In this document: positions 20,351-30,450 of the stretch, piece after piece
Layout of the letters: the number at the start of each line of letters is the position of its first letter
Position numbering within the stretch: the first letter of the stretch is position 1
NCBI GenBank assembly: GCA_045863855.1
Contig: BTVV01000002.1
Coordinates: 78,083 to 142,082 of the forward strand
DNA length: 64,000 bases
Reading direction: 5' to 3'
Origin: Planctomycetota bacterium
GTDB taxonomy: Bacteria > Planctomycetota > SZUA-567 > H5-PLA8
Notes under the pieces: generated by a model
What the model saw: only the letters and a program-made list of their open reading frames with translations
Databases searched by the model: none
Told to the model about the DNA's origin: nothing
Position numbers and translations under genes: made by a program

Positions 20351-21328
20351 CTAACTTAAGTGCTCGCCGGGGCGGGGGCGGATGTGGTGGCGGAGTTGCA
20401 GTTCCTTGGCGGCGTGTTCGAGGAAGGTGAGCAGTTGCGTGGCTTGGTCGGACTTCGCGTCCAGGGCCATGCGGTGGAACTGCTGCTTGAGGCCGACGAA
20501 ATAACGATTGGCGTCGAGGAGCCGTTTGGCAAGCAGCCGCGCGACGAACCAGGCCACGTCCACATGAGCGTGGAATAGCTTCTCTGCGCTCTCGACCACT
20601 TGAAACGTGCAGGGCTCCAGTGCGCGGACGGACGCGGTATGCCCGGTACCGAGCAGCGCCGAGATCTCGCCGAAGAGCACGCCGCGATCCCAAACCATGA
20701 ACAGCGGCGTTTCGTTCTTGAGCACCTCCACCGATCCGGTGCGCAGGATCAGCAGCTTTTCGTCTTTAACGCCCTGGCGCAGGATGGTTTCGCCGGGCAG
20801 GAACTGTTCGTATTTAAGCTGCACGTTCTCGAGCCCGATGGCTTCGTAATGCTGGCGCTCGAAGAGCTTCCAAGACTGGTGCCAGTACTCGGTAAAGCGT
20901 TCGAGCCCGCTGGCGTCTTCGGCGGCGGAAACATTCACGGCCTTGGAGCGGCGCATGAACTCCTGGCGCTGATCGGCGAGGAAGTTGCTGGTCTCGACCA
21001 GCCGCCACGCCAGCGTTTCGGCGACCTCGCGGCAGACTTCGGGTTCCTTGCGCAGGAAGCTTTTGACGTCGCTGACCACTTTGGCGCGCACGGGGGTAAA
21101 CGCACGAGCCGTGGCCATGTGCGGAAGCCCCATCAGCGCGCCGATCTCGCCAAGCAGCGCTCCGGCATCGCGCACCGAACAGATACGCTCGCCGCCTTTT
21201 ACGATCTCCACTTCGCCTTCGGAAAGAATATAAAGCAGGTCGCTGCTCTCGCCCTCCTTGAGCAGTTCATGCCCCGCGGGAAAGGACTGGTCCTGAACCT
21301 CCGCCACCAGCTTGAGGATCGTATCCAT
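20351..21328 (-). CDS. Tandem cyclic-nucleotide-binding domain protein without HTH
   Basis: Two cNMP barrels: LYILSEGEVEI..GEIGAL and LLILRTGSVEV..GEISAL. Confidence 0.85.
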   Translation of the reverse strand: MDTILKLVAEVQDQSFPAGHELLKEGESSDLLYILSEGEVEIVKGGERICSVRDAGALLGEIGALMGLPHMATARAFTPVRAKVVSDVKSFLRKEPEVCREVAETLAWRLVETSNFLADQRQEFMRRSKAVNVSAAEDASGLERFTEYWHQSWKLFERQHYEAIGLENVQLKYEQFLPGETILRQGVKDEKLLILRTGSVEVLKNETPLFMVWDRGVLFGEISALLGTGHTASVRALEPCTFQVVESAEKLFHAHVDVAWFVARLLAKRLLDANRYFVGLKQQFHRMALDAKSDQATQLLTFLEHAAKELQLRHHIRPRPGEHLS

Positions 21329-21409
21329 GCGCGTTCGCCTCGGTCCCGGGGATCCGGCAGGCCAAAGTGTCCGCAAACCGGCGCTCCCGTCAACCGAGTA
21401 GATCGCGGC

Positions 21410-22666
21410 TTACGGTACAACCCGCGCTGCTCCGCCGGCGAGACATACGCTCTCGATGCGAAGTTCCTGTTCCTTTCCGGCCGCAAAGACCGGTTCAAGC
21501 ACCAGCTCATGTATGCGCTCGGGGTCGAGCCCTGTTGCCACGAGGTGGCAGAGGTTTACGTTTCCGCCGAACTTGGCCGAGGAGGCATCGAACTCGGGGC
21601 CGTGGTCCCTATTTTGAATGTACTCGCCGTCGATCCGGACACGATACGTTCCCGACGCGGAGGTTTTGGTGCCGAAGAGCAGGACGGTGGAAGCTTGAAA
21701 TCGGAGCGTCCAAGGCGCAACAGAGGCCTTGGTCTGTTCTGCCGGACTTTCGGCGCCGGCGGTCACCTTTCCGGTATGCGCGCGCACTTCATCGTCCAGC
21801 CAGCGGCTCATGACGGAATCGTGCCAGGCGGCCGTACGCAGCGGAGGCACGACCGCCCAGCCCGAGGGCTTGGGCTCGGCTAGGGCCAAGCGGTAACGCG
21901 TCCAAGTGAAGTACGTCGCGCCGTGAAGCGGGCGCTCGGGAAGCTTGCAAACACGTTCTTCTTTCACGCATCGGGCAAGCGCTTCGAAAGCGGCTTCGGC
22001 AAAGATCAGATACCCTTCGTCGCCCGGATGAGCGGGATCGAAAGGCCAAAGCTTCTGGAGCGTCGTCGCGCCGCTCTTGACGCGCCGGTAGACGCGCTCG
22101 ACGGCATCGCCCGCGCACGTTCCGTAAGCTTCGGCCAGCGCCAGGTGCGCTTCGCGGCGCTTCATGCGCGGGAACCGGGACTCGTCGATATCGTACTTAA
22201 AGGGGAAGATGACCGGCAGGACGGGGCAGCGAGCTGCGCCGATGGTGCGGCGGAGGATGGATTCGTACGCCGCGAGGGAGTCCACGTCCTCGCCTTCGAT
22301 CCCGTCGTTGGCCGTGAAGTCCAGGAAAAGCAGGTCAGGCTTGTGGCGTAAAGCGTCCCGCTCGAGCCGGAAGACGCCGAGCAGCGAGCCGGTTCCGCCG
22401 ATGGCGGCGTCGTGAAATTCGAACCGTGCCTGCGGGTAGGTCTCGCGCAGCATGCGTGCGACTTGTGCGCGGTAAGAAGTGTACGCCTGATCGCTGGCGT
22501 TGGCGCCCCAGGTCAGCGAACCGCCGAGGAAGACGACGCTGAGGCGCTCGCCTGCCTGCGCGCGTTTGGCGAAGGCGGCAAAGCTGGCTTCGCCCGCGGA
22601 AAGCGCTGCCGCGGCACACGAGACGCCCAGCATCAGCGGAATGGCATTCGAACGGTGCGGACGCAA
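21410..22666 (-). CDS. Secreted SGNH/GDSL hydrolase
   Basis: FLGGSLT, AAIGGTGS, DFTAND, DPAHP blocks; signal peptide-like N-terminus. Confidence 0.88.
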   Translation of the reverse strand: MRPHRSNAIPLMLGVSCAAAALSAGEASFAAFAKRAQAGERLSVVFLGGSLTWGANASDQAYTSYRAQVARMLRETYPQARFEFHDAAIGGTGSLLGVFRLERDALRHKPDLLFLDFTANDGIEGEDVDSLAAYESILRRTIGAARCPVLPVIFPFKYDIDESRFPRMKRREAHLALAEAYGTCAGDAVERVYRRVKSGATTLQKLWPFDPAHPGDEGYLIFAEAAFEALARCVKEERVCKLPERPLHGATYFTWTRYRLALAEPKPSGWAVVPPLRTAAWHDSVMSRWLDDEVRAHTGKVTAGAESPAEQTKASVAPWTLRFQASTVLLFGTKTSASGTYRVRIDGEYIQNRDHGPEFDASSAKFGGNVNLCHLVATGLDPERIHELVLEPVFAAGKEQELRIESVCLAGGAARVVP

Positions 22667-22685
22667 AGCGGTTCTCCCGAACGGC

Positions 22686-25600
22686 TCAAAATCCCAAGTA
22701 ACCCCACAGCGCCGGCTCCAACCGCGCTTCGATGGCTTCGTCCGATGTGCCCGTGGCCATCCGGTTCGACCAGTAGATGCGCTCCTTGACCTGCACGCCG
22801 TCGTTGGAGGTCAGGAGCCCCCAATCGAATTTCAGGCGCAGCCCCGGCTTGGGCTTCAGGCCCAACGCGTTGAGCGGGATCGAGGCCTCCAGCGTGTAGG
22901 GACTGGCGCCGCCCATCGCGATCTCGAGGTCATTCAGTTCGACCACGCGTTCGAAGGCGGTCTCGCCGCCGGCGGGGGTGAAGGTCTTCCAGGCCTCGTC
23001 GGGCTTTGCGCCTTTGGCAAAGGCCTGATAGAGCACCGCCAGCGGCTTGCCTTTGACGAACGTAATGAGCAGGCGCTGATCGCCTTCGACGGGCTTGGTT
23101 CGCGCGGGCGCGGCGGAGGCGTTGGAGCTGAATTGCAGATCGAGGCACGCGCCGGTCTTGAAGCAGCGGTGGACATCGTCGGCGGCATTCTTGAGCGGCC
23201 CGGTGCCGATGGCCGTGAGACAGACGTAGAGATTGAACTCGTCGTACCCCAGGTCCAGCGTCGCGTTCACCTCGTCGCGGAGGCGCACGCCTTCGCCGCC
23301 CCATTCCTTCTTGCCGCGCTTGCCATCGATGACGGGCGGCTCATGCCGCGCTAGCGCCTGGATCAGCAACGGGCGGCCTTCGATTCGGCGGCGCTGCTGG
23401 TTGGCTTCCCACGCGCGCACGCGCTCCAGGTCCTCGGCAGTCACTTGGAACTCCGCTTCCGAGCGCTTGAACTTTTCGAGCCCGCGAACCTCCAGCACAC
23501 TCATGAAGGTGAACCCCGCGATGGCGTAAAACTTTCCGTCCGCTTCGCTGCGCGTGAAGAATCCGTGGAAATGCTCTTGGTTGCCGCTCAGCGGATCGAG
23601 CCGCATACCGGGCTTGGCTTCGGATGGACCGAAGAAGCGCGCGCGGGCGTCGCTTTTGTGGGAAAGGATCTGCCCGGCGAGCAGTCCATCGGAGGTCCAG
23701 AGCCACCACTGCCCGGTGTTGCCGTGGGTGACGAAGAACTCGCCCAACGCGCCATCCGTCATGGTCTCATGGCCGATGATCGCGAACTGGTTCGCGACCA
23801 AACCGGGTGTCCAAGGCGGGATGCTGAGGCCCGAGACGCCGCCGCCGGCCGGGTACTGCCAGAGCGTCTTGCCGGCTGCGTCGAGCGCGTAATTGACGGT
23901 CCGCTCTTCGCGCGAGGCGCTGCGGTGTAAGCCCACGAAGGCGCCGTTGCCGAGCGCGAAGTTGGCCGGACCGGGCAGCGGTTTGGATTCGAAAACGGGC
24001 GTGCCATTGGGAAGCACTTCCTTCACCGAATAGTACGATCCAAAGGCGACGCAGCCCAACTTTTCGTCGAACCGGTTGACGCCGCCGTAGCGATGGGCCT
24101 CGCCTTTCTTTTCGAAGCGGACCTCCGGCGGATCGACCTCCCCGTTGCCGTCCAGGTCGGACCAGACGAAGAGGTAGTGCTTGGGTACTTCTCCTTTCAG
24201 CAGCGCGAGCACGGGCGCTTTCATCAGCGGATCGTACCCGGTGGCATCGCCCATGGCCGCGACGCGCCGGACGGTCCCGCTGGCTTCGTCGTACAGGTAG
24301 ACCACGCCGCGCGAAGCGGCGGGATGCATCATCAGCGGCGCGGTGGCGAGGTAGGTGCGCTCGCCCAGTTTGTACGCCAGCAAGTCGGACTCGAGTCCCT
24401 GGGCCATCAGCCCCCGGATGCGGCTGGTATGGCGGGTCCAATCCAGCTCGAATTCCACGCGCCCGAAGTACGCGCGGGATTTGTCGAAGCGGTTGAGCGT
24501 CCCGCCGCCGCCGTAATTCGTGTTCCCGAGGATCTCTTTGACGAAGGTCCCGTCGGTCTTGTACTGAACGATGCGGCGCGGCTCGTTTTGGGATTCGAGC
24601 ACCCACAGGCTGCCGGCCGTATCCGCACATAGGCGATGGACCTTGCCGAAGCGCTGCGCGTCCCACGCGCCGGGCTGCATGCCGCCGGGCTTTCCGATCG
24701 TGCGTACTAATTGGCCTTGCCCGTCGTAGACGTGAATGGGCTCTTTGCCGTCATTGATCCAAGGCCAGACGTAGAAATGCCCGTCCGGGCCAACGGTCAT
24801 GACACTGGGCGAGCAATCCTTCACGATCTCGGTGAGGGCGCCGGTCTCGCGGTCGACTTCGACGATGGAGCGATGGTCTTCGCGGATGGCAAAGAGTCTG
24901 CCGTCGGTTCCGCAAGCGAGTCCGTGCCAGCCGAGCGCGGCGGGCAGTTCCTTCAAAGCTGCCCCGGTCTGGCCGTCGTAAACGCCCACGCGCTTGACCG
25001 AGGTCTCGACCACCGGCTTTTCGCCGCCCAGGTAGCTCAATGCCGCTACGCCGAGAATCCGGCAGCGCCGCGTATCGAGATTCACGATATGCGACCGCGT
25101 GAGGTGAACACCGTGCTCCAGCGGCCCGTCCGCGCGCGCACACTCGTTGTCTTCGCCGTTGTCGTACCAGGGCCGGACGACGCGCAAGCGCACTGCGCGC
25201 GTCTCGAACTCGGCGCCAAAATCGACGTAGCCGTCGAGGTAGCGCGCGAAAGGATTATCGGTCCACTTGTACTGCGCCGTGCGGCGGCGCTGCTTGTACG
25301 TGGCGACATGCCGCCAGCCGGGCTTCGACTCCCGTTCTTCGCAGGCCGGACCTTCCAGCGGAACCGGACCGGGGGCGCCCATCCATACATCTATTTCGGT
25401 AACGGCCGCTTCGATCTCCTTGATCGCCAGACCGCGGAGCTTCTGCGGTTGAGCCCATTCGAGCACGTACAACCCCGGCGCATCGTCGCTGAGCGGTTGT
25501 TCGCGTTGCGCGTCCCAGGACCCGTCGGGCTTGACGGCGCCCGAATTGACGCGGGCCTTGGCAGTCGATGCCAAGTTGGCGAAACGCCGCCGCAACAGCT

Positions 25601-27863
25601 TGAGCCCTTCGAGCCGCGCCATCCACGGTTGAGCGGGGAGCAGGTCGTCGCCGGTCCAAGTGAAGCGAATCGCGCGCGTCTCGCAGTTCGCTGGCGCGGG
25701 CACGCAATCCCACGCACTCAACTTCGAAACGTCGATGGGTGTCCAATCGGCGGCGTGATCCGGACGGGGCGGATACGTCGCGCCGGGCTTAAGCACGCTT
25801 AGCGTCATGGTCTCTTTGGCGTCCGATTTCGGAAAAACCAAGCTGCCCAGGGGGATCGGCTGTTTGAATGCGAGGACGAGATGCTGCGAGCTTTGCTCTT
25901 TCAGGCAGGTCGATTCCAAATAGACGCGGCCTTGGCCCATGGGCGTTCGCTTACTCGGATCTACGTCGCGGCCAGGCACGTGCCCGCCCATACGCAATAT
26001 GAAGGGCAGCAGGTGCTTTTCGTTCTTGAGGTCAGGCTGCGGCAAACAATGCTGCTGATCGAGGAGATCGCCGGCGGCGGCGTTCTCCAGCCACGAGGCC
26101 GATCCGGCTCCAAAGGTGAGGTAGATTTTGCCGCCGTGAGCGGCCATGGCGCGATACTGCCACTCGCGCCCGCCGCCCCCGTATGAAAAGAGTTTCTTGA
26201 TCTCGCGCGTCTGCGCATCCATGCGATAGACGGTTCCATGCGCGTTGATGTACACGGCTTCGGCGTCGGCGGCTAAGTCGCCTACGCCGATCCAGGGTCC
26301 GAAATCGTGCCGGCCCCATTGTTTCTTGCCGTTGAGGTCGCACTCGATGAAGCAAACACCGGCCTCGGCCATGGATGAACCGAAGTACACGCGGTCGCCT
26401 CGCGTGGCGCAGGCCCAAAACGGACTGTGGTCGGAAAGCCAACCGTTGGCGCCGCCGTGTCCGGTGAGCCACGGCGTGCGGTCGGGCCAGACCTGATCGA
26501 CGTTGGGATACGGCGTAAGTTGGTAAGCCAGTTCGACGGGCGGCGCGCCAATGGCCTTAAAGCGGTACGTGCCGGGCTCGACGTAGTTTCCGTTCTCGTC
26601 TTTCAAATCCCAGGCTTCGTCCTTGCTGCCCGGCGCGAGCGGCCGCTGGGCAAAGAGGTTGCGAACTCGCACGCCCGCGGCGGAATCGATGACCGCGGAA
26701 ACTTCGCCGTCAAGCGCCGCGGAGTACGGAATGCGCATCGGCGGGCGATCGTCTTGGGAGCGCGGAGCGGGTGGGGAGCCGTCCTTCAGATCCACGAAGG
26801 CTCCGCAGCCGTTGATCCACGGTTCCGGTCCGCCGCGGTCAACGGCTTCGATCGTCACGCGCAGCGCGCGGGTGGGCGCGGGTGCGAACGAGCACCAGCG
26901 GTAGGAGAAAGCCCAATGCTGGAAGCCGTGCGTTACCGCCGCTTCCTCGATGGGCTGGACGGCTTCCCAGTCCTCGTCGGGCGCAATGGCCGGATGCGTC
27001 TGCACCTCCGGCTTCAGGCGCTGGACTTGTTGCACGGTGGCGTTGGAGTACAGGAATACGCCCGCGATCGGGTGCGGCTCTTCCCAGGCCAGAACGGCCC
27101 ATGCAGGATCCTGGGCGGAGAGTTTCTTCGCGCGCTTGCCGCCCGACCAGCCCGCACCTTTGGGCAGTGCGTCGGGATCTTGCGCATCGGAGGTGCTGTC
27201 GCTGAAGCCGCGCGCGAGCGGCGTGAGACTGGCCAGGCGGCGCTTGTAGAAGCGCCAGTAGCCAAGCTGCGCCGGGCCGCTGGCGCGCACGTCCTTATAG
27301 AGGAAAGCGCGCGTGCTCAATCCCGGCGGCAGTGCCGCGAATTTCAAAAAAGGCTGCGCGGAAGCGAACTCGACCGCCGCCCATGCCTCGGGCTGCAGCG
27401 CATCCGGCACGCCCTGGACATTGGGCTTCAGGTAAAAGACCTCGCCGCCGCTGCGCGAGCCTTCGCCGTTCCAATCGGCCGCATGAATCGCCAAGCTGCC
27501 CACCGCTACGGGGGATTTGAGCACGATCAGGAACCGGTATTCGTTCTCGGCGCGGCCCTCGGCGGCCTCGGCTTCCCAGAGCTGCTCCTGCCCGTTGGCT
27601 TTCGGGTCTGCGAAGCCCAGCACCTTTTTGATGCGCAACGGATCGGCCGGCGCGGCTTGTCCGTTGACGAACTGCTTGGACAGTTCGAAATCGACGGCTT
27701 CCGGCGCGAAGGCGGGCGCGAAGAGCGGTTCCTGCGCGTGCCCCCAGCCGATGCAAAGGCCCGCGAGGAACGCCAGTCCCAGGCGAAGGAAGGCGGCGCG
27801 CGGCGATCTTACCGAAACCTGCATGGCGAAAGCTCCCGAGCGAACGGTTCCCGTCGTGTTCAC
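22686..27863 (-). CDS. Giant (~1700 aa) exported protein: discoidin-like modules, FlgD Ig-like domain, NHL-type beta-propeller, C-terminal CBM9/DOMON-like domain
   Basis: Signal peptide; VRVRNL..WDLKDENGNYVEPGTY (FlgD Ig); propeller blades; PVIDGKRGKKEW...YTLEASIPLNALG; start 27863 (GTGA overlap) or 27824. Confidence 0.75.
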   Translation of the reverse strand: MNTTGTVRSGAFAMQVSVRSPRAAFLRLGLAFLAGLCIGWGHAQEPLFAPAFAPEAVDFELSKQFVNGQAAPADPLRIKKVLGFADPKANGQEQLWEAEAAEGRAENEYRFLIVLKSPVAVGSLAIHAADWNGEGSRSGGEVFYLKPNVQGVPDALQPEAWAAVEFASAQPFLKFAALPPGLSTRAFLYKDVRASGPAQLGYWRFYKRRLASLTPLARGFSDSTSDAQDPDALPKGAGWSGGKRAKKLSAQDPAWAVLAWEEPHPIAGVFLYSNATVQQVQRLKPEVQTHPAIAPDEDWEAVQPIEEAAVTHGFQHWAFSYRWCSFAPAPTRALRVTIEAVDRGGPEPWINGCGAFVDLKDGSPPAPRSQDDRPPMRIPYSAALDGEVSAVIDSAAGVRVRNLFAQRPLAPGSKDEAWDLKDENGNYVEPGTYRFKAIGAPPVELAYQLTPYPNVDQVWPDRTPWLTGHGGANGWLSDHSPFWACATRGDRVYFGSSMAEAGVCFIECDLNGKKQWGRHDFGPWIGVGDLAADAEAVYINAHGTVYRMDAQTREIKKLFSYGGGGREWQYRAMAAHGGKIYLTFGAGSASWLENAAAGDLLDQQHCLPQPDLKNEKHLLPFILRMGGHVPGRDVDPSKRTPMGQGRVYLESTCLKEQSSQHLVLAFKQPIPLGSLVFPKSDAKETMTLSVLKPGATYPPRPDHAADWTPIDVSKLSAWDCVPAPANCETRAIRFTWTGDDLLPAQPWMARLEGLKLLRRRFANLASTAKARVNSGAVKPDGSWDAQREQPLSDDAPGLYVLEWAQPQKLRGLAIKEIEAAVTEIDVWMGAPGPVPLEGPACEERESKPGWRHVATYKQRRRTAQYKWTDNPFARYLDGYVDFGAEFETRAVRLRVVRPWYDNGEDNECARADGPLEHGVHLTRSHIVNLDTRRCRILGVAALSYLGGEKPVVETSVKRVGVYDGQTGAALKELPAALGWHGLACGTDGRLFAIREDHRSIVEVDRETGALTEIVKDCSPSVMTVGPDGHFYVWPWINDGKEPIHVYDGQGQLVRTIGKPGGMQPGAWDAQRFGKVHRLCADTAGSLWVLESQNEPRRIVQYKTDGTFVKEILGNTNYGGGGTLNRFDKSRAYFGRVEFELDWTRHTSRIRGLMAQGLESDLLAYKLGERTYLATAPLMMHPAASRGVVYLYDEASGTVRRVAAMGDATGYDPLMKAPVLALLKGEVPKHYLFVWSDLDGNGEVDPPEVRFEKKGEAHRYGGVNRFDEKLGCVAFGSYYSVKEVLPNGTPVFESKPLPGPANFALGNGAFVGLHRSASREERTVNYALDAAGKTLWQYPAGGGVSGLSIPPWTPGLVANQFAIIGHETMTDGALGEFFVTHGNTGQWWLWTSDGLLAGQILSHKSDARARFFGPSEAKPGMRLDPLSGNQEHFHGFFTRSEADGKFYAIAGFTFMSVLEVRGLEKFKRSEAEFQVTAEDLERVRAWEANQQRRRIEGRPLLIQALARHEPPVIDGKRGKKEWGGEGVRLRDEVNATLDLGYDEFNLYVCLTAIGTGPLKNAADDVHRCFKTGACLDLQFSSNASAAPARTKPVEGDQRLLITFVKGKPLAVLYQAFAKGAKPDEAWKTFTPAGGETAFERVVELNDLEIAMGGASPYTLEASIPLNALGLKPKPGLRLKFDWGLLTSNDGVQVKERIYWSNRMATGTSDEAIEARLEPALWGYLGF

Positions 27864-28945
27864 GCCACCTGCGCCGACCAGGCCGGCCGAGCGGTCTCTT
27901 CTTCGAAGACGGCCGGAATACGAACCGTCGAGTCGGCCTGCGCGCGGCCCGCACGCAAGGCGTCGATCAGCGCGCGTCCTTCCTCCAGCACCGCATGCAA
28001 GTCGTAGCCCAGGCGCTTGGCCGGTACGGCCAGCGGCGTGGCGCTGGGGAAATTTCCGTGCAGCACGACGTCCAGGTCTTGTCCGATCACGGCGCCGGCA
28101 TCGGCCAAACCCGCGAGCGCGTGTTCGATCAGGTGGTCGTCGGCGATCAGCAGGCCATCGGGGCGCAGGCGCTGGTCGGGATGCAGGAGCAGATGCGCCG
28201 CGTTTCGAGCACCGATGCCGAAGCGCGGGCTGACCAATTGCGTCCAGTGACGCTGGGTCTGCATGCCGCGTGCGGCCACGGCGGTGTAAAGCTTCTCGCG
28301 AAACGCCTCGGAATGAGTGCCCAGTACGAACCCGATGCGCGAGCGGCCGCAGGCTTGGAAGCGATCGAGCGCGCGCCGGATGTACGAGTCGTGGTCCAGC
28401 GCCAGCGCCGCGATGCCCGGCATTGGCCGGTCCATCACCGCCACACGCGGTATCGGAGCGGTCAGCAGGATCGAATCGGGCGCCAGGTAAATGGGGCCTG
28501 TCGCGAAGATCAGCCCCGCCAGTCTGCTGGATTCGACGTCTTCAACCAATCGGAAGTAGCTCTCGTGGTCCTTGAACTCGGCGCCGTAGTAGGAGGGCAC
28601 GCGCTGCGGTCCCGCCGCATCCGCCTGTTTCGCGACCTGCTGCAGTACTTCCCAAAAGCGCGACCAGTTCGCATCCTGGTTATTCCGGAACGGAAAGACG
28701 AGCCCGTAGCGCGAGAGGTGCGGAGGATGCTTGGAGACGAACGTACCCAACCGCCCGCGTGCATATACGAAACCGTCTGCGGTGAGCTGATCCAGCACGC
28801 GTTGCACCGTCATGCGGCTGGCTTGGAAGCTACGCTCCAATTCGGCTCGCGTGGGCAATTGCGCGCCCGGCGCGTACGGCCCCGCCACGATGCGCCGGCG
28901 TAGGTCCGCCAGGATCTCGACTTGTTTACTTTGCGGTCTACTCAT
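27860..28945 (-). CDS. GntR-HTH / LacI-type periplasmic-binding-fold transcriptional regulator
   Basis: GAQLPTRAELERSFQASRMTVQRVLDQL..G..GTFV HTH; PDGLLIADD effector domain. Confidence 0.9.
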   Translation of the reverse strand: MSRPQSKQVEILADLRRRIVAGPYAPGAQLPTRAELERSFQASRMTVQRVLDQLTADGFVYARGRLGTFVSKHPPHLSRYGLVFPFRNNQDANWSRFWEVLQQVAKQADAAGPQRVPSYYGAEFKDHESYFRLVEDVESSRLAGLIFATGPIYLAPDSILLTAPIPRVAVMDRPMPGIAALALDHDSYIRRALDRFQACGRSRIGFVLGTHSEAFREKLYTAVAARGMQTQRHWTQLVSPRFGIGARNAAHLLLHPDQRLRPDGLLIADDHLIEHALAGLADAGAVIGQDLDVVLHGNFPSATPLAVPAKRLGYDLHAVLEEGRALIDALRAGRAQADSTVRIPAVFEEETARPAWSAQVA

Positions 28946-29004
28946 AATGCCTCCATCATAACCGTATACGCCGACCATCTGCCATCGGCCGATGTTTATC
29001 ATGG

Positions 29005-29207
29005 CAATAACTATTATTTCAGTATGATGAAGTTTAAGATTGTCATTAAATCTTTATTTATAATGTATTATATGATAAGTAGCAGGTCATTATGCTTCCC
29101 TCAAGCAGGCCAATGCGCCATCTATTTTAAGTATATATTAACTATATGGCCGGGTGAGACTCAGAGATTTAATACTTTACTTATATTCACAACAATAAAA
29201 ATTATTG
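29005..29207. promoter_or_regulatory. AT-rich divergent promoter region with two CAATAA-N3-TTATTK palindromes and opposed TATAAT hexamers
   Basis: CAATAActaTTATTT 29005-29019; CAATAAaaaTTATTG 29193-29207; TATAAT 29059-29064 (+) and 29067-29072 (-). Confidence 0.6.
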
Positions 29208-29254
29208 GTGTAGCCGTACATTGTAAGGATACTCTGGGACAGCAAAGGAAACGC

Positions 29255-30385
29255 ATGCCTGCCATCGATTTGCCTTGGAACCTGGAGCATCTCCAGACCG
29301 CGCCAAGCTGGTCCTGGTGGGGCGACGCGGAAGCGGATGGCTTGCGTGGTCTGACTTACACGAACGAAACCTATCGCGGTCGCTCGTCCAGGGTGTTTGC
29401 TTGGTACGGGCGCCCCAAGGAGGCACGCGAGCCTGCTCCGGCCATGGTGTTGGTTCACGGAGGCGGTGGAAAAGCCTTTGGCGAATGGGTGCGCTTATGG
29501 GTCGCGCGAGGCTACGCCGCGCTGGCGATGGATCTTGGCGGCTGCGGACCTGACGGCCAGCGCCTGCTCGATGGCGGGCCGGGGCAGGATCACGACCGGA
29601 AGTTCATGTGCATGCACGAACCGCCCGAGTCGCACTGGTGTTTCCACGCCCTTGCCGCGGTCATGCGGGCGAACTCCCTGCTGCGCAGTTTTCATGAAAT
29701 TGATCCCGTACGCGTGGGCGTCACCGGCATTTCGTGGGGCGGCTTTTTGACCTGCCTCGCCGCGGGGCTCGATCCGCGCTTCGCGCTGGCGATGCCCGTC
29801 TACGGCTGCGGCTTCATCCACGAGAACAGTTCGGTGGATTGGCTGGCGATCTTCGCCAAGCTGCCGGCCGAACAGCGCGAGCGCTGGGTGCGCTGGTACG
29901 ATCCGTCCTCGCACCTGAGCGCCGCGCGTCTCCCGATGCTATTCGTAAACGGTACCAACGACTTTGCGTATCCACTGGACAGTTACATGAAAACCTTCGG
30001 ATTGCCGGCGGGTCATAAGCGCTTAAGCGTGCGCGTGCGGATGCCGCATGGCCATGAGCATGGCTGGGCGCCGCCGGAGTTGGCGCGCTTTGCCGACTGG
30101 CACCTGCGCGGCGGCGATGCGTTGACGGAATTCGGGCCTCTCGAACACCGGGGCGAATGCGGCTTCGCGCCGGTGCGGCCCGCATCGCAAGCCCACTCGC
30201 CGCAATTTCACTTCACCGCCGACGCCCTGGCTTGGCAGTCGCGCCATTGGCATTCGCTGCCTGCAATGCTGCATGATGGCGTGTTGACGACTCCGCCCAT
30301 TCCCGCGGAAGCTCGCGCCTGGTTCTGCACGCTCGAAGAACCCGGCGGTTCCTCGCAAAGCACCACGGTCGCGATCGCGCGGTAG
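29255..30385 (+). CDS. Alpha/beta hydrolase, acetylxylan-esterase-like
   Basis: VHGGGG, GISWGG, NGTNDFAY, MPHGH; AAGGA RBS before ATG 29255. Confidence 0.87.
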   Translation: MPAIDLPWNLEHLQTAPSWSWWGDAEADGLRGLTYTNETYRGRSSRVFAWYGRPKEAREPAPAMVLVHGGGGKAFGEWVRLWVARGYAALAMDLGGCGPDGQRLLDGGPGQDHDRKFMCMHEPPESHWCFHALAAVMRANSLLRSFHEIDPVRVGVTGISWGGFLTCLAAGLDPRFALAMPVYGCGFIHENSSVDWLAIFAKLPAEQRERWVRWYDPSSHLSAARLPMLFVNGTNDFAYPLDSYMKTFGLPAGHKRLSVRVRMPHGHEHGWAPPELARFADWHLRGGDALTEFGPLEHRGECGFAPVRPASQAHSPQFHFTADALAWQSRHWHSLPAMLHDGVLTTPPIPAEARAWFCTLEEPGGSSQSTTVAIAR

Positions 30386-30450
30386 GCGTTGCATCCCGCT
30401 TGCCGGGCAGTAGCCTCCGCTCATTCGAAGCCACGCCCCGGAGGCCGCCC

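Noticed and set aside
29217..29225. TACATTGTA as a CopY cop-box
   Set aside because: Spacing is TACA-N1-TGTA rather than N2, and no copper genes are adjacent
28922..29254. 111-aa N-terminal extension of the esterase ORF through the AT-rich region
   Set aside because: Overlaps the GntR start, has atypical composition and contains promoter-like motifs; a good RBS precedes ATG 29255
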